From: Chlorokybus atmophyticus
Lineage: Eukaryota; Plantae; Mesostigma and Chlorokybus algae
Reading direction: 5' to 3'
Assembly: GCA_009103225.1 (NCBI GenBank)
Contig: RHPI01000249.1
Span: 117,165-181,164, forward strand
DNA length: 64,000 bases
The translations under genes and the position numbers were made by a program. Every line of letters starts with the position of its first letter. The stretch's first letter is position 1. The notes under the pieces are model-generated. The model ran no database searches. It was not told the DNA's origin and saw only the letters and a program-made list of their open reading frames with translations. Below, piece after piece: positions 1-10,521 of this stretch.

Positions 1-945
1 AGGAGCTGACAGCCGGCCCGGCTGAGCCGGGCCTCCTTGAAGCCATCAATCGGAACACTGGAACACCACGCGGTGCAGCATTGCGGTTGCGCCAATGACG
101 GTTGCCCCAGGGGTTGCGCCATGTTGCACCGGAGGCCCCTAATTCTGGCGATTGGCGAAATCCGCATAAACCGTACCATCAAATGCAGTTTCTAGCGGTA
201 ATCTAATGCACATGAGCATTTTCAACATGTTTATGTGCGTGGCCTTTCATACATGAAGATTTACCGACGTAATACAGTATGAGATGTGTAAGTATACTTA
301 CACAACAACTATGCTTGAGGGGTGGGGGGTAAGCACATAAGCACATAAGCAAATGTGATCTGATGGTTTACTATAGCATCATTAATCAATTTTGACATTA
401 CTACATCATCATTAATCAACTTTAAAATTGCAAATAAACGCATTTACCTTTACTTCAACTCATAATGCATATCTGTAGTAATTATGAGTTTACAGTTGTT
501 TCTCAGGGCTGTTTTAAGAAGCGCAAATGACGTGCAAGCTGCTGGCTGCAATTATTATGAATGTGAAACACTGTAAATGGTTTCGCCAGCTTTCGCCACA
601 TGCATCACGAGCACTGCACCAATTGCCAGAGCCCTTAGGGTTGCACCGCGTACACTGCATAAAGGGTCTACCAGTAAGTAAGGGTAAGCTTAGTGATGAC
701 ACCAGTCATCATGCTGCGTAACAGCAGCCGCTGCTGCTAGCGTCGACGTCATGACGCGCACACATGATGACAGGAATTCCCTATACCGAAACGCTGTATG
801 CTTAGAGTAATGCACGGCCCCAGCATGAAGCGGAAAGCCACCCACCGACCGCAGCACCAAGCGGCGGCGATGGTGCGCACACACGTACGCAGACGCACAC
901 ACAGCACGCGCGCACACAGGGCGCGCACGCAGGGCTCAGGTCGGC

Positions 946-1928
946 ATGCAGTCTCTTCAGGCGCGGGCCGCCCACATGAGCGGGGTGGCTGCGGAGGACG
1001 CCTGCGCCATCGATGATGTGGGGGAAGGCGGCGTGAGCATGTACGACAGGCTGGGGCAGAATGTGTTCGTCAAGCTCAGCCAGGCCTTCTACGACAGAGT
1101 GTATGCAGACGACCAGGTGGGTGTTTGCGCGCATACGCGTGTACATGTGTACTCACAGTGGTATGCACATTTGCATGTGGCGCAATTTGCTCGCAGCCAA
1201 CCTACCAAAAATACTGTGCTACTTGCATGCCAGCTTCAGAAAGGTGTTTCAGTGTGTGCTCCTTAGCTGTTCTGTGTAGAGACAGTACACGTTGCACACA
1301 CTGAGGGCGTGCGCACTGGAACAGGAGTGGTTCAGGAGCATCTTTGCCAACAGCGCAAAGGAGGTTGCGGTGCGCAACCAGTACGAGTTCTTCATACAGC
1401 GCATGGGCGGCCCCAACCTGTACTCAGAACGAAAAGGTACCCACATGCATGCTTAAGCTTAACACGAGATAATGAAACACCACCACCAGCATCATCACCA
1501 GCATTACGTCACACACAAGCGTGCTTAACACATGATCTGTGGCACAAAGCCAACAACAACAAGATCACGGTCATGACTGACTACGATCATGCAGGGCATC
1601 CTGCGTTGATTGGGCGTCATGGCCCGTACGCTGTGACTGAGGCGGCCGCAGAGAGGTGGTTGCACCACATGCAGGCTGCGCTCAAGTTGGTGCCGGAGAT
1701 TGACGCCAACTCTAACAAGATAATGATGGACTACTTCAGGTACAAATTGTTGGTTACTCTACCCATCTGTTACTGTAACAAGCTGTAATTGCTTCCGAGT
1801 TGTCTTGAAGATCTTTTTTTGTGTGATGGTTGGTCAGGCACACGGCATATTTTCTCGTGGTGGGCAAAGAGCTTGTGAACCGGCAGCGGCTGGTTGGTTA
1901 TGGTGGGCGTCATAGAGGTGGTGCATAG
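946..1928 (+). CDS. GLB3: Group II (2/2) truncated haemoglobin, plant GLB3-like; exons 946-1116, 1325-1436, 1595-1739, 1838-1928
   Basis: Spliced translation [14 protein letters not shown]...[17 protein letters not shown]|[10 protein letters not shown]...[21 protein letters not shown]|HPALIGRH...[10 protein letters not shown]...MMDYFR|HTAYFLV matches the remembered Arabidopsis GLB3 sequence. The three introns have GT-AG ends and compatible phases. Confidence 0.93.
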
Positions 1929-2559
1929 TGGTGATGCTGCAGATGGGTTGTAGCGATTGGTATGGGGCCGTACACGCCTAGTGCGTGGGTGACACATTGT
2001 CACTCACGGTTGTGCGGAACTTGTTAGCTTAATTAATGTACAGTAAGTTTATGGGTTGTCAGCCTGAGTGATATGGTGCGATGTCATCCTTCTCACAAAC
2101 TCTCTCCACACCAACACTTGCACATGGGAGGTCTGACGCCCAAGGGTATTAGATTGTGCCTTTACTTGTTACCGTATCAAGGCTGTCTTCTGTATTTCCT
2201 CTGCTCCATCTTTCTGCTCAGCTCGTTATGCATTCACACGGGCAGCTTTGTATACTTGTGGAGCCAAGTGCCAAGTGCATTGGTGCGCATCTACCGTACC
2301 CATTGTGTTGGCTTGCGCATGGAAAATGTGTTGTCTATTTGCATTGCTATTGAGTAATTTGGTGTTGTAGCAATACCTCCAAATCATGGGAATTACTACT
2401 TGTACTAATCTTGCACTACTGTTACAACAAACGCACATTTGAAGCCCGTGCAATGATAGTGCTGGGGAAGGCAGATGGTGGGGGTTGCAAGATTTGTTGC
2501 GCTTGTCAATGTTGTCGTTGTTGTCGCTGTCATTGCTGTTGTCATCAGCTCCACCCGTA

Positions 2560-2860
2560 AACCCTCATTTTCTCACCACCGATCTCATCTCCTCTTTTCT
2601 CGGAGAAGAGCGGAGTCTCATGCCGCAATTGAGGAGTATAGCCTCGACAAGAGCATGCGGCTGAGCAGCGGAAGTGGCGGAAGTACCACGACCACTACGA
2701 CTAGTAGTAACCCCGCTTACTCGTTACTGCCACTAGCTATGAAGACACACGGGTGGTTGGGAGATCCGTTCATGCAGCTGCTCACGGATTGTACGCGCCG
2801 AGTGGTAGTGTAGCTAGGAGGCATCGAGGCGTGATACATGGTCTACTTTGTGGCTTTGTA
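2560..2860 (+). mobile_element. Possible decayed 3' end of a restriction-like-endonuclease (RLE) non-LTR retrotransposon
   Basis: Across a frameshift, HAAEQRKWRKYHDH is followed by YSLLPLAMKTHGWLGDPFMQLL, resembling the AAE..K..KY / F.PLA.ET.G.lG C-terminal RLE pattern. Short and degenerate. Confidence 0.35.
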
Positions 2861-3653
2861 TTACAAGCAAGTGCCCGCGACACTATAGCACTTGCAGACA
2901 ACAGCGATGTTGACGTCAGTCGACGCTCGTCACCGTGGCCATCCGCCTCACCCGGAGACGCGAGGATGACATCGTCTACACGACAACTATAACCGATATT
3001 GCTGCTCTGATGATATTGTGATGTGGTGTGCATGTGGTGCTTATGCGCGTGAGTAGGTGTCCACATGCACCGTTCTTTGACACTTGAATATTAACTAGTA
3101 GGTATCATGTACTACGAGTTAATGAACCCATGCGTTTTCATGTAATACACTTCGTTCATTCAATTGCGTTAGTCCCATGGCCGTTGCTCATATGTCTGGC
3201 ATTGCATTGAAATTTGATCGCTCAGCACATACTACATTGTCATATTTGTCACGCCTATAAGGCGCGCAAAAGTCATTCCCTGTACCTTACTTATGTGAGT
3301 TGGAAGGGACTGGTGGGTTTTCCATGTTATAAGCGAATGTAGTGCTTGTGGGTGTGCTTTGGGTATGCGGTCCGCTCTTGAGCCTATGCGGCCTTGAGTA
3401 ACGATGTTTTGGGTCGAGGAGAGTCGAGGGTCGCATTGCCTCGTGCCGCTGGAAGGAAATGCATGCTTGCTGGACATGCTATTGCAGCATGCTGTAGCAA
3501 GTTCGGTGGTGTCAGCAAAAGCAAAAAGATCATCCAGCTCTTGTAACAGCAGGTGCTTCCTGGAGCATGTCCGCTGATGTGGAGTGGTGCGGACATGTGG
3601 AGCGAATCCCCTCCTTAGTATACATGATGTGCTGTAGGACACACAATCAACAA

Positions 3654-3665
3654 GCCACCCCCCCT
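3654..3665 (-). other. Candidate polypurine tract of the Ty3/Gypsy element, with a putative 3' LTR starting at 3652 and running leftwards
   Basis: The minus strand reads AGGGGGGGTGGC then T-TGTTG, just downstream of the end of the integrase/PHD frame. The far end of the LTR could not be located. Confidence 0.45.
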
Positions 3666-3702
3666 GAGCCTCTAGGGAGGTTCCAGCTCCAGAGCTCAGT
3701 GT

Positions 3703-4629
3703 TTAGCGCGAATGTGGTGGGCAATTGGCACGGTAGTTATCACACCAGTATTCCTCCATGGGTACCGCATCCAGTGGGGGCTCTAGACAGTAGCAATGCA
3801 GGCCCTTATTGCAGCCATTGCGGAGCATTATGAGCGGGTCGTCGTTAGCGCTGCCGCAGCCCTCGCAACGCGTGCTGCGGGCGGGGCGAGGCTGATTGAT
3901 GCGCAAGAACCCTGCTACATAATGGAGGTGACACGGCGCGCAGGTCACCATGTTGTCCTTCAACCTCTTGCCGGGCGAGGAGATCCAGTACCCCTGTGGG
4001 GTACACGTTAAGCACCTTGTAGACAGTGCGGCCAACGGAGGTATAAGGCGTGTCCTTGGTGGCCTCCATTCGGTAGGCAAAATCTCCTGCTTGAAATCGG
4101 CATTGGCGCTCCTTGTAGAAGCCACTGCGCACGCGCTTATAGCGTAGCGTGTCGCGGTACTGCGCGATGCGCAAGTTGTTGAAGGCCATAGGGACTGTGC
4201 GCTCAAATAGTGCTGCGCACGTGAAAATGTCATGGTGCATCCAGTCGGGGTCGACGAGGTTGTTCACCACGCGATCCACCTCCTGCTGTGCACGGAAAGG
4301 AAGCAGCAGCGGTCGCCTGAACAGTAGATAGTATTGGGGCTGTACTCGCGCAGAGCTGCCTGCCTTGATAGTCAGTATCCAAAAGCCACCCATGGGAGGT
4401 GGTCACTCAAGGTATTCTTCTCGTACTCCAGCACATACTTGCAAAGTGCCTTCTTGATGGTTTGCACCGTGCGCTCGGCGAGACCGTCAGCTTGGGGGTG
4501 GTCAAGCGAGGTACGGCGATGGTCGATGTAGCACTTGTTCAAGAGAGTGTCGAACTCCCCTCTGAACTCTGTGCCTTTGTCAGTGATGACCTCTGCGCAG
4601 CTACCAAACCGGCTGATGACATCATGGTG
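3703..4629 (-). mobile_element. Ty3/Gypsy integrase, C-terminal half, with a C-terminal PHD finger (degenerate)
   Basis: The minus strand reads HHDVISRFGSCAEVITDKGTEFRGEFD...HPQADGLAERTVQTIKKAL (integrase core D,D35E region), then RFQAGDFAY and CEGCG...GCNKGLHCYCLEPPLDAVPMEEYWCDN (PHD-like, about 3733-3867). It is interrupted by frameshifts and stops. Confidence 0.88.
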
Positions 4630-4630
4630 A

Positions 4631-5725
4631 CCATCCTGTACACAGCATTAAGGGGTTTTGGTTCAATTTACTTCCTCAGCGGGTTACTTTTCGTTCTAAA
4701 GTTGATATGATTTCTTTATACAACCAATCACGCACTTACTATGAAGAATGTGTGTTGCGGGGTTTCATTAACAACACAAACTGCAGTTTGTTGACACGTG
4801 TCACGCGCTATGCCGAATGTCATCTATACAATGATGTTAAGATTCACCATATGATGAACGCCATGAGGCAGACCACTAATAATGCTATTGATGCCTTGTC
4901 TATGGCTGCAGCTGGTCCGACAGACAGCGAAACTGCACCAGAACCTACCACGCAGTATCCAACAGCAACATCATCCAATCCTGCATCTCCAGCTTCAACT
5001 GTGACAACGGACTCAGATGTATCAGCGCCGATGTTTCAAGGTACTTTGAATGTTGAGTAGTTTGCGTTGTTGAACGATCCCAGCCAGCAAGACAAACCGC
5101 AAGTAATGACATTGCAGCACCGGTTGGTCTACATGTTATATCTGGTTGTCCAGGAGTAGGCAAAACACTTTGGCCAAATTCATCACTCACAATTTGCGCG
5201 TGGCTGGAATACCTGTTCTACTCAGTGCTACAACTGGCGCTGCGGCTCTGCGGCTCTGCGGCTCATCTGCTTCAACTGTACATTCCGACTTCGCAATACC
5301 TGTCAACGGTCAGCAACTGCGGTTTATAACTGCTATGGATGATGCTTACAAACTGTTCCATCATTGTCGAGTGTTTATTATTGACGAGTTTTCCATGATG
5401 ACATCGCGAATGTTTGACTTGGTAATGCTGCACTTACAGCAAGTTCATGGACCAAATTTCTAGAAATCGGCGTTGTATTGGTGACCACAAGCAACTGCCA
5501 GTAGTTTGTGGACACAAAGTCCAAGACACATCGCAGGTTTGCCACAAATGCTATATTTCTGCATCACAGAGGTGGCCATTACGTAGGCAACATTTTCTTT
5601 CTGTTTCAGTGCGTCATGCTTCAGACCCTCGATTTGCTCAATTCTTGATTCAGATTCGTTCTGGCATACCCAGTTCAACAGAGATAGCAAATGCGTTAGA
5701 TGGCTGTCTGGTCACTTCGGAGTAA
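4631..5725 (+). mobile_element. Helitron Rep/Helicase fragment (PIF1-like SF1 helicase), degenerate
   Basis: The linker FWFNLL...ISLYNQSRTYYEECVLRG is followed by Walker A ISGCPGVGKT, motif Ia VLLSATTGAAALRL, Walker B IIDEFSM, motif III GDHKQLP and motif IV VRHASDPRFAQFLIQIRSG, with stops and frameshifts. Confidence 0.8.
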
Positions 5726-5915
5726 GGCACTGCGGCGTACCTACCCACTCCAGACCAGCAGCAAGGTAGAGGAGTTGAGACGCTTTCGATGGAAGCCCAA
5801 CGAGGACCCTCTCCGGCTGTATTCGCGGCTGGAAGGACTACTGAAGGACACTGATTACAAATCGTTAATGGAGAGGCAGCCGCAGTGGTGTACGTGGCTG
5901 AGTTGGACCCCACTT
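5724..5915 (+). mobile_element. Possible retrotransposon Gag fragment
   Basis: SKVEELRRFRWKPNEDPLRLYSRLEGLL resembles a Ty3 Gag capsid segment. It lies upstream of, and in the same orientation as, the pol fragment at 7125. Confidence 0.35.
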
Positions 5916-5924
5916 GAGTGAGTC

Positions 5925-7122
5925 GACGCGTTTAACGCTGAACTACAGTAAAACAAAAAAAGAAATAAGTTACAATGTAATATATTGAGCTACTACTACT
6001 GCTAGTACAACTAGACTACCACTACTGCTACCATTACCACTACTGCTACTACTACCTTAGGTACTGCTGCTAGTACTACCCTTGTACTGAGCTGCGGCGC
6101 CTGCACCGCCCGCTCCAGCTCCGCCCCCGCCGTTCCTTCTCCGCCGCCGCTGCCGCCGCCTGGCCTGGTCTGACCTAGCTTGGCCTGGTCTGGCCTAGCC
6201 TGGCCTGGCCTGGCCGCCCTAAGGCAAGAAGGGTGGTTAGATGGCATGCGGTGTTGCGCGTGGTACAACGCCAGACATCAACTAAGCTCACCTACTGTTA
6301 GCCGTTGCCGCCGCCGCCGCCGCCCACAACGCTCTGTTCAACTTGAAGCCGTTGAGCGTTTGAATAACTTGAGCAGCCCAAGTTATGCAAACGCGTTGTC
6401 GAAACGTGACTCGCAACGGCATTATCGTATTATTACAATGGTACAAAAGTACCATTGTCGCAATGGCACTATCGTACCATCAGTATGGTACGATAGTGTC
6501 ATTGCAACAATGGCATTGTTCGTACCATTGACATAGTATGGCGGCTGCATTGTATCAGTGTCTTGACTTGCCGGCCGGTACCACCGTCCCGACTTGCCGA
6601 CCTTTTGGGACCGGCGGTCACTTGCTTATCATACTTGACACATAATAAGTAGGTCGCCGCCGCGTTAAGTGCACGACCGGCGATCGGCCGTCACTTAATA
6701 AACGCGGTAAGGTCACCTGATAGGGACCAACGGTGACTGGCTTGCCAAAGTAGGCAGGCCGTCGCGCATACTTTTCGACGGTCAGGGTACGACCGACGGT
6801 CGGCTGTCACTATATGTGATCAAATCGTGACTTATCTTCTATACAGAAAGGTTGCCATTGCGCAAATGGGATGACCGACAATTGGTTACCGTTACCGCTA
6901 CCGTTACCGTTACCTTAAAGTGCGGTGTTGCCGTCACAGGCAGGCCGCCGTCGATTGTACTTATCGGTCGACCGCTTGCCGTTGATGTACGTTGCTTGAT
7001 AGTAACGGCCGTCCTAAAAAGTCCCTTCATGGACCAATCCATTACGTCAGGTAGGGTCATGCAGGGTCAGGCACCCGTCAGTCCCTCAATCCCTTGTCAG
7101 TCACCGTGTAAAATTTGCGACG
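5925..7122. mobile_element. Non-autonomous repeat element, copy A (left end missing or unclear)
   Basis: 6150-7122 aligns by eye with 11200-12099, including a (T[A/G]GCC)n tract and GTGAC/GTCAC-rich subterminal repeats. Both end in identical CAGTCACCGTGTAAAATTTGCGACG, after which the flanks diverge. Confidence 0.75.
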
Positions 7123-7124
7123 TC

Positions 7125-10100
7125 TTTCTGTTCTAGCCGCTGATCACATCGCGCTTCTACCACTATGAAGGACACGGCACGGTGGAAGACTATGATATGA
7201 AAGCCACCGGAGTCGTGGAGTTCCATACATTTCGACAGCAGCAAGGCATCACACTGATAGAACTGTTCCGAGGCCTCGGCAGTGGTCTCGCTGCAGTTGT
7301 CATTACAGGTGTCAAAGTCACCAAGCATTACCATTGCGACCCTAACCCGCGCGCTCAAACAGCCCTCAAGCACCATTTGCGTCAGCTGCACGAGCGCTAT
7401 CTACAGCAACTGCCTTCGTCAAAACTGCTAGGCAGCCTCAAGGCATTGCCACAAGACATCCCACTGATCGCAGAGGACCACCTATTGTCCCTCAGCAACA
7501 TCGACTTGTTGCTAGATGGATGGGAGTGCGAGAGACACTCCAGGGCCAAAAAAAGTGAAGGCCTTGACGACCCTCGCTCAGGTTTGTTTTGGAAGTTGAT
7601 GAGTCATCCACCTCCTCCGACAGCACCAGAACTTCAGGCCACTAGGTACGTCATCGAGAACGCGCACTCAGAGGACGATCAGCGTCCCCATGTAGCCTCC
7701 ACCTACCGGCAGGTGTGCTCCATTCTTGGGCATTCACTCAGAATGAACGCAGCGCGCCATGTCTCCCAAGCACATCGCGTCCGCACCAAGTGGACAAACT
7801 TGGCCACCACACAAGAGCTGATGACAGCAGAATACACGCGGAGTACACGGCCACGCAACCTCTTGGTCGATAACATCCTCGGCTCAGACCGTAGAGCTCA
7901 ACCTGTCACACGTCTTGACCACAGCAGCTTCTACCAATGCAACTAACATGGCCAACCGCGCCGCGCACTTCCCACGTCGATGTCCTACCCAAGGTCCATT
8001 GCCCTCCGCAACGGGGGCAATAGCATACTGTTCGACACCACAACGGGCAAGCTGGAAGAATCCAAAGCACGTGAGCGCGAACGCGCCATGGGGTTCTTTC
8101 CCAACAGTATCACAGGGTCCCCACTGACCGATAGTCAGCACTGTCAGCTGCTTGGCCGCGCCATGGACCAAAATAAACACCTGGCTAGGGGGTGGGCTGA
8201 TCGCGATGCAAACATTAAGGCAGCTCACACAGCCCTCGAGGTGGTTCACATGGAGGAGCAAGCAGCAGTGATAGTGGAAAACATTCCCGTGGACGCCAAC
8301 TCAACGTCTTGGGACCACGCCATTGGCCCCCTTGCCACGGAACACACAAAAAAGAAGCTGAAGGCTCTCCTCAACAAGTCGAGGAGCCAATTCAACTTTA
8401 AAATAATGGAGCTAAGTACATGTTCAGTGTACCAAATGGACATCGAGCTGGTGGACACTAAGCCGGTGTTTCGAGGGCAATATACGCTCTCCAAGCTAAA
8501 GGAGGATTTGTTGGAACAGTGATGTAAGGCGCTGCTGGATGCAAGCCTTATTGAGGAGTCCACGTCAGACTTTACAGCCGCAACCGTCATGCCACTGAAG
8601 AAAGATTCGGCAGGCAACTGGACAGAACGGCGCATGTGCGGCGACTACCGTCCCCTCAACAACAAGACCAAACAAGACAGGTACCCAATGCCCACAATAG
8701 AGGGCATCTTTGACAATGTAGGAAACTGCACAATCTTCAACATTCTCGACATGCGCCAAGGGTACAACCAAATCGCCATCAAGGACGAGGACAAGCACAA
8801 GACTTCCTTCTAGGGCAACCGACAGTTGACCAGTGGAAGGTGATGCCGTTTGGGCTGAAGAATGCCTCCGCCAAGCTCTAGCGCGTAATGGACAAAGCCT
8901 TGAAGGGGCTGGACTTCGCGCGGTGCTACATCAGCGACATCCTCATCTTCAGTTGCAGTAATGAAGAGCACCTACAGCACATCGAGGAGGTGCTGAAAAG
9001 GCCTAAAGGAGTGGGGATGACTGTGCACCCTGACAAGTGCACCTTTCTCACTCACAAGGTACCCTATTTGAGACACATGATTGTGCCCCACGGTGTGTAC
9101 GTACAGCAGGCAAAGGTGGAGGCGCTGGCAGGTACCCCTGCTCCATCAGATCTCACGAGCCTGCGCGCCTTCTTGGGCCTTGCCAACTACTATTGCCGGT
9201 TCGTGAAGGACTTCGCAAAGATAGCGCGACCCCTCAACGAGCTACCGAAAAAGAAGTAGAGTTTTTGTGGAAGGAGCCGCAGCAGCGGGCCTTCAAGGAG
9301 CTGAAAAGCAGGCTCACCACAGCACCCATCCTTCAACGCTTTGACTACACCAAGCGTTTCATCCTTCACACCCAATGGAGCAAGCTCGAGTTGGGAGCTG
9401 TGCTGGTGCAGCACGGTGAGAACAAGAAGGAGCGGGTGGTGTTGTACGCCAGCCGGAGCAACAACAGCGCCGAGACCAACTACAGCAGCTACGAGAGTAA
9501 GTATCTCGCTGCGCTGTGTGGGGTATCTCCCTTTTCCGACCCTTCCTTTTCGGACGACAATTTCAGTTGATCACCAATCATCAGCCACTCAATTGATTGA
9601 TGACAACTAACATTTGGCAGGGAAACTTGCCCGTTGGGCTCTGCTACTGCAGGAGTAAAACTTTAAGATTGACCACCGTGCTGGCCTCACCAACCAAAGC
9701 GCCGATGGACTCAGTCGCAATCCCCACCTAAACACCAACGATCCAACTGGAGCTCTGCATGAGCTCGGCCCTGCATCATCAGCTCCAACCGTGGCTGCCA
9801 TGTTTGCTGTCGCCGCCTTGCACTCAAGGCGCAACACCGACGCCGGTGCCTCAGCAACAACTGAAGAGGTACCTGCCTTTCAGCCCACCAGCTCCACGAC
9901 CACCACACCCGCAGGGAGCACTTGCGGTGGCGACATCGAGGTTGATGTCACAGAGCTGGCACTCATCGACACCAGGCAGGACATATAGCTGGACAAGCCA
10001 TCCCTCTCTTTCCTTCAAAGTGGTCAACTTCCCTCCAATATGAGGGCGCGTGAGAAGGACGGCGTCAACCAACGCACCTAGCACTACCGCTGGGCGGATG

Positions 10101-10510
10101 ATAAATTGTATTGCCTCCATGGTGAAGACAAGGAGGTGCCGAAACCGGCCACACGCGAAGGCATCATCACCGCCCTCCACACTGAGCTTGCACACTTCGG
10201 TGTCAAGCGCACAGTCAGCCTTGTGAGGGCATTATATTGGTGGCATGGTTGTACAAGCAAGTGCAGGAGTTTGAAAGTCAACATTAATTGGGGACGTGGT
10301 GCGCGCCGGCCTCAACACACGCAGCGCCACATTACACCCTCTTCCCATCTTCAGCCTTTTTCTATCGATGGGGACTTAATATCTAAGGGGACTTAGCACC
10401 CTCGGCACGCGGCAACCGTTACATTCAAGTGATGATCGAGCATTTTTCAGGTGGGTGGAGCTGGTGCCACTACCCGACAAGAGCAGTACGGGGGTGGCTC
10501 AAGCCTTCCG
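7125..10510 (+). mobile_element. Degenerate Ty3/Gypsy pol: C5 cytosine methyltransferase - RT - RNase H - N-terminal half of integrase
   Basis: MTase motifs: ELFRGLG (I), DLLLDGWEC (IV), GLDDPRSGLFW, VIENA (VI), AHRVRTKWTNL (VIII), ERAMGF and LGRAMD (IX/X). RT: RMCGDYRPLN, YPMP, LDMRQGYNQI, VMPFGLKNA, CYISDILIFS. RNase H: FILHT..SKLELGAVLVQ, YASRS..AETNYS. Integrase: zinc region LHTELAHFGVKRT, core start MIEHFS.WVELVPLPDKSS. Many stops and frameshifts. Confidence 0.92.
7248..8170 (+). pseudogene. Retrotransposon-encoded C5 DNA methyltransferase domain (frameshifted near 7946-7980)
   Basis: C5-MTase motifs I, IV, VI, VIII, IX and X occur in canonical order in ORFs 7182-7946 and 7980-8522, directly upstream of RT. 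Confidence 0.88.
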
Positions 10511-10521
10511 TCCTCTTTTAT

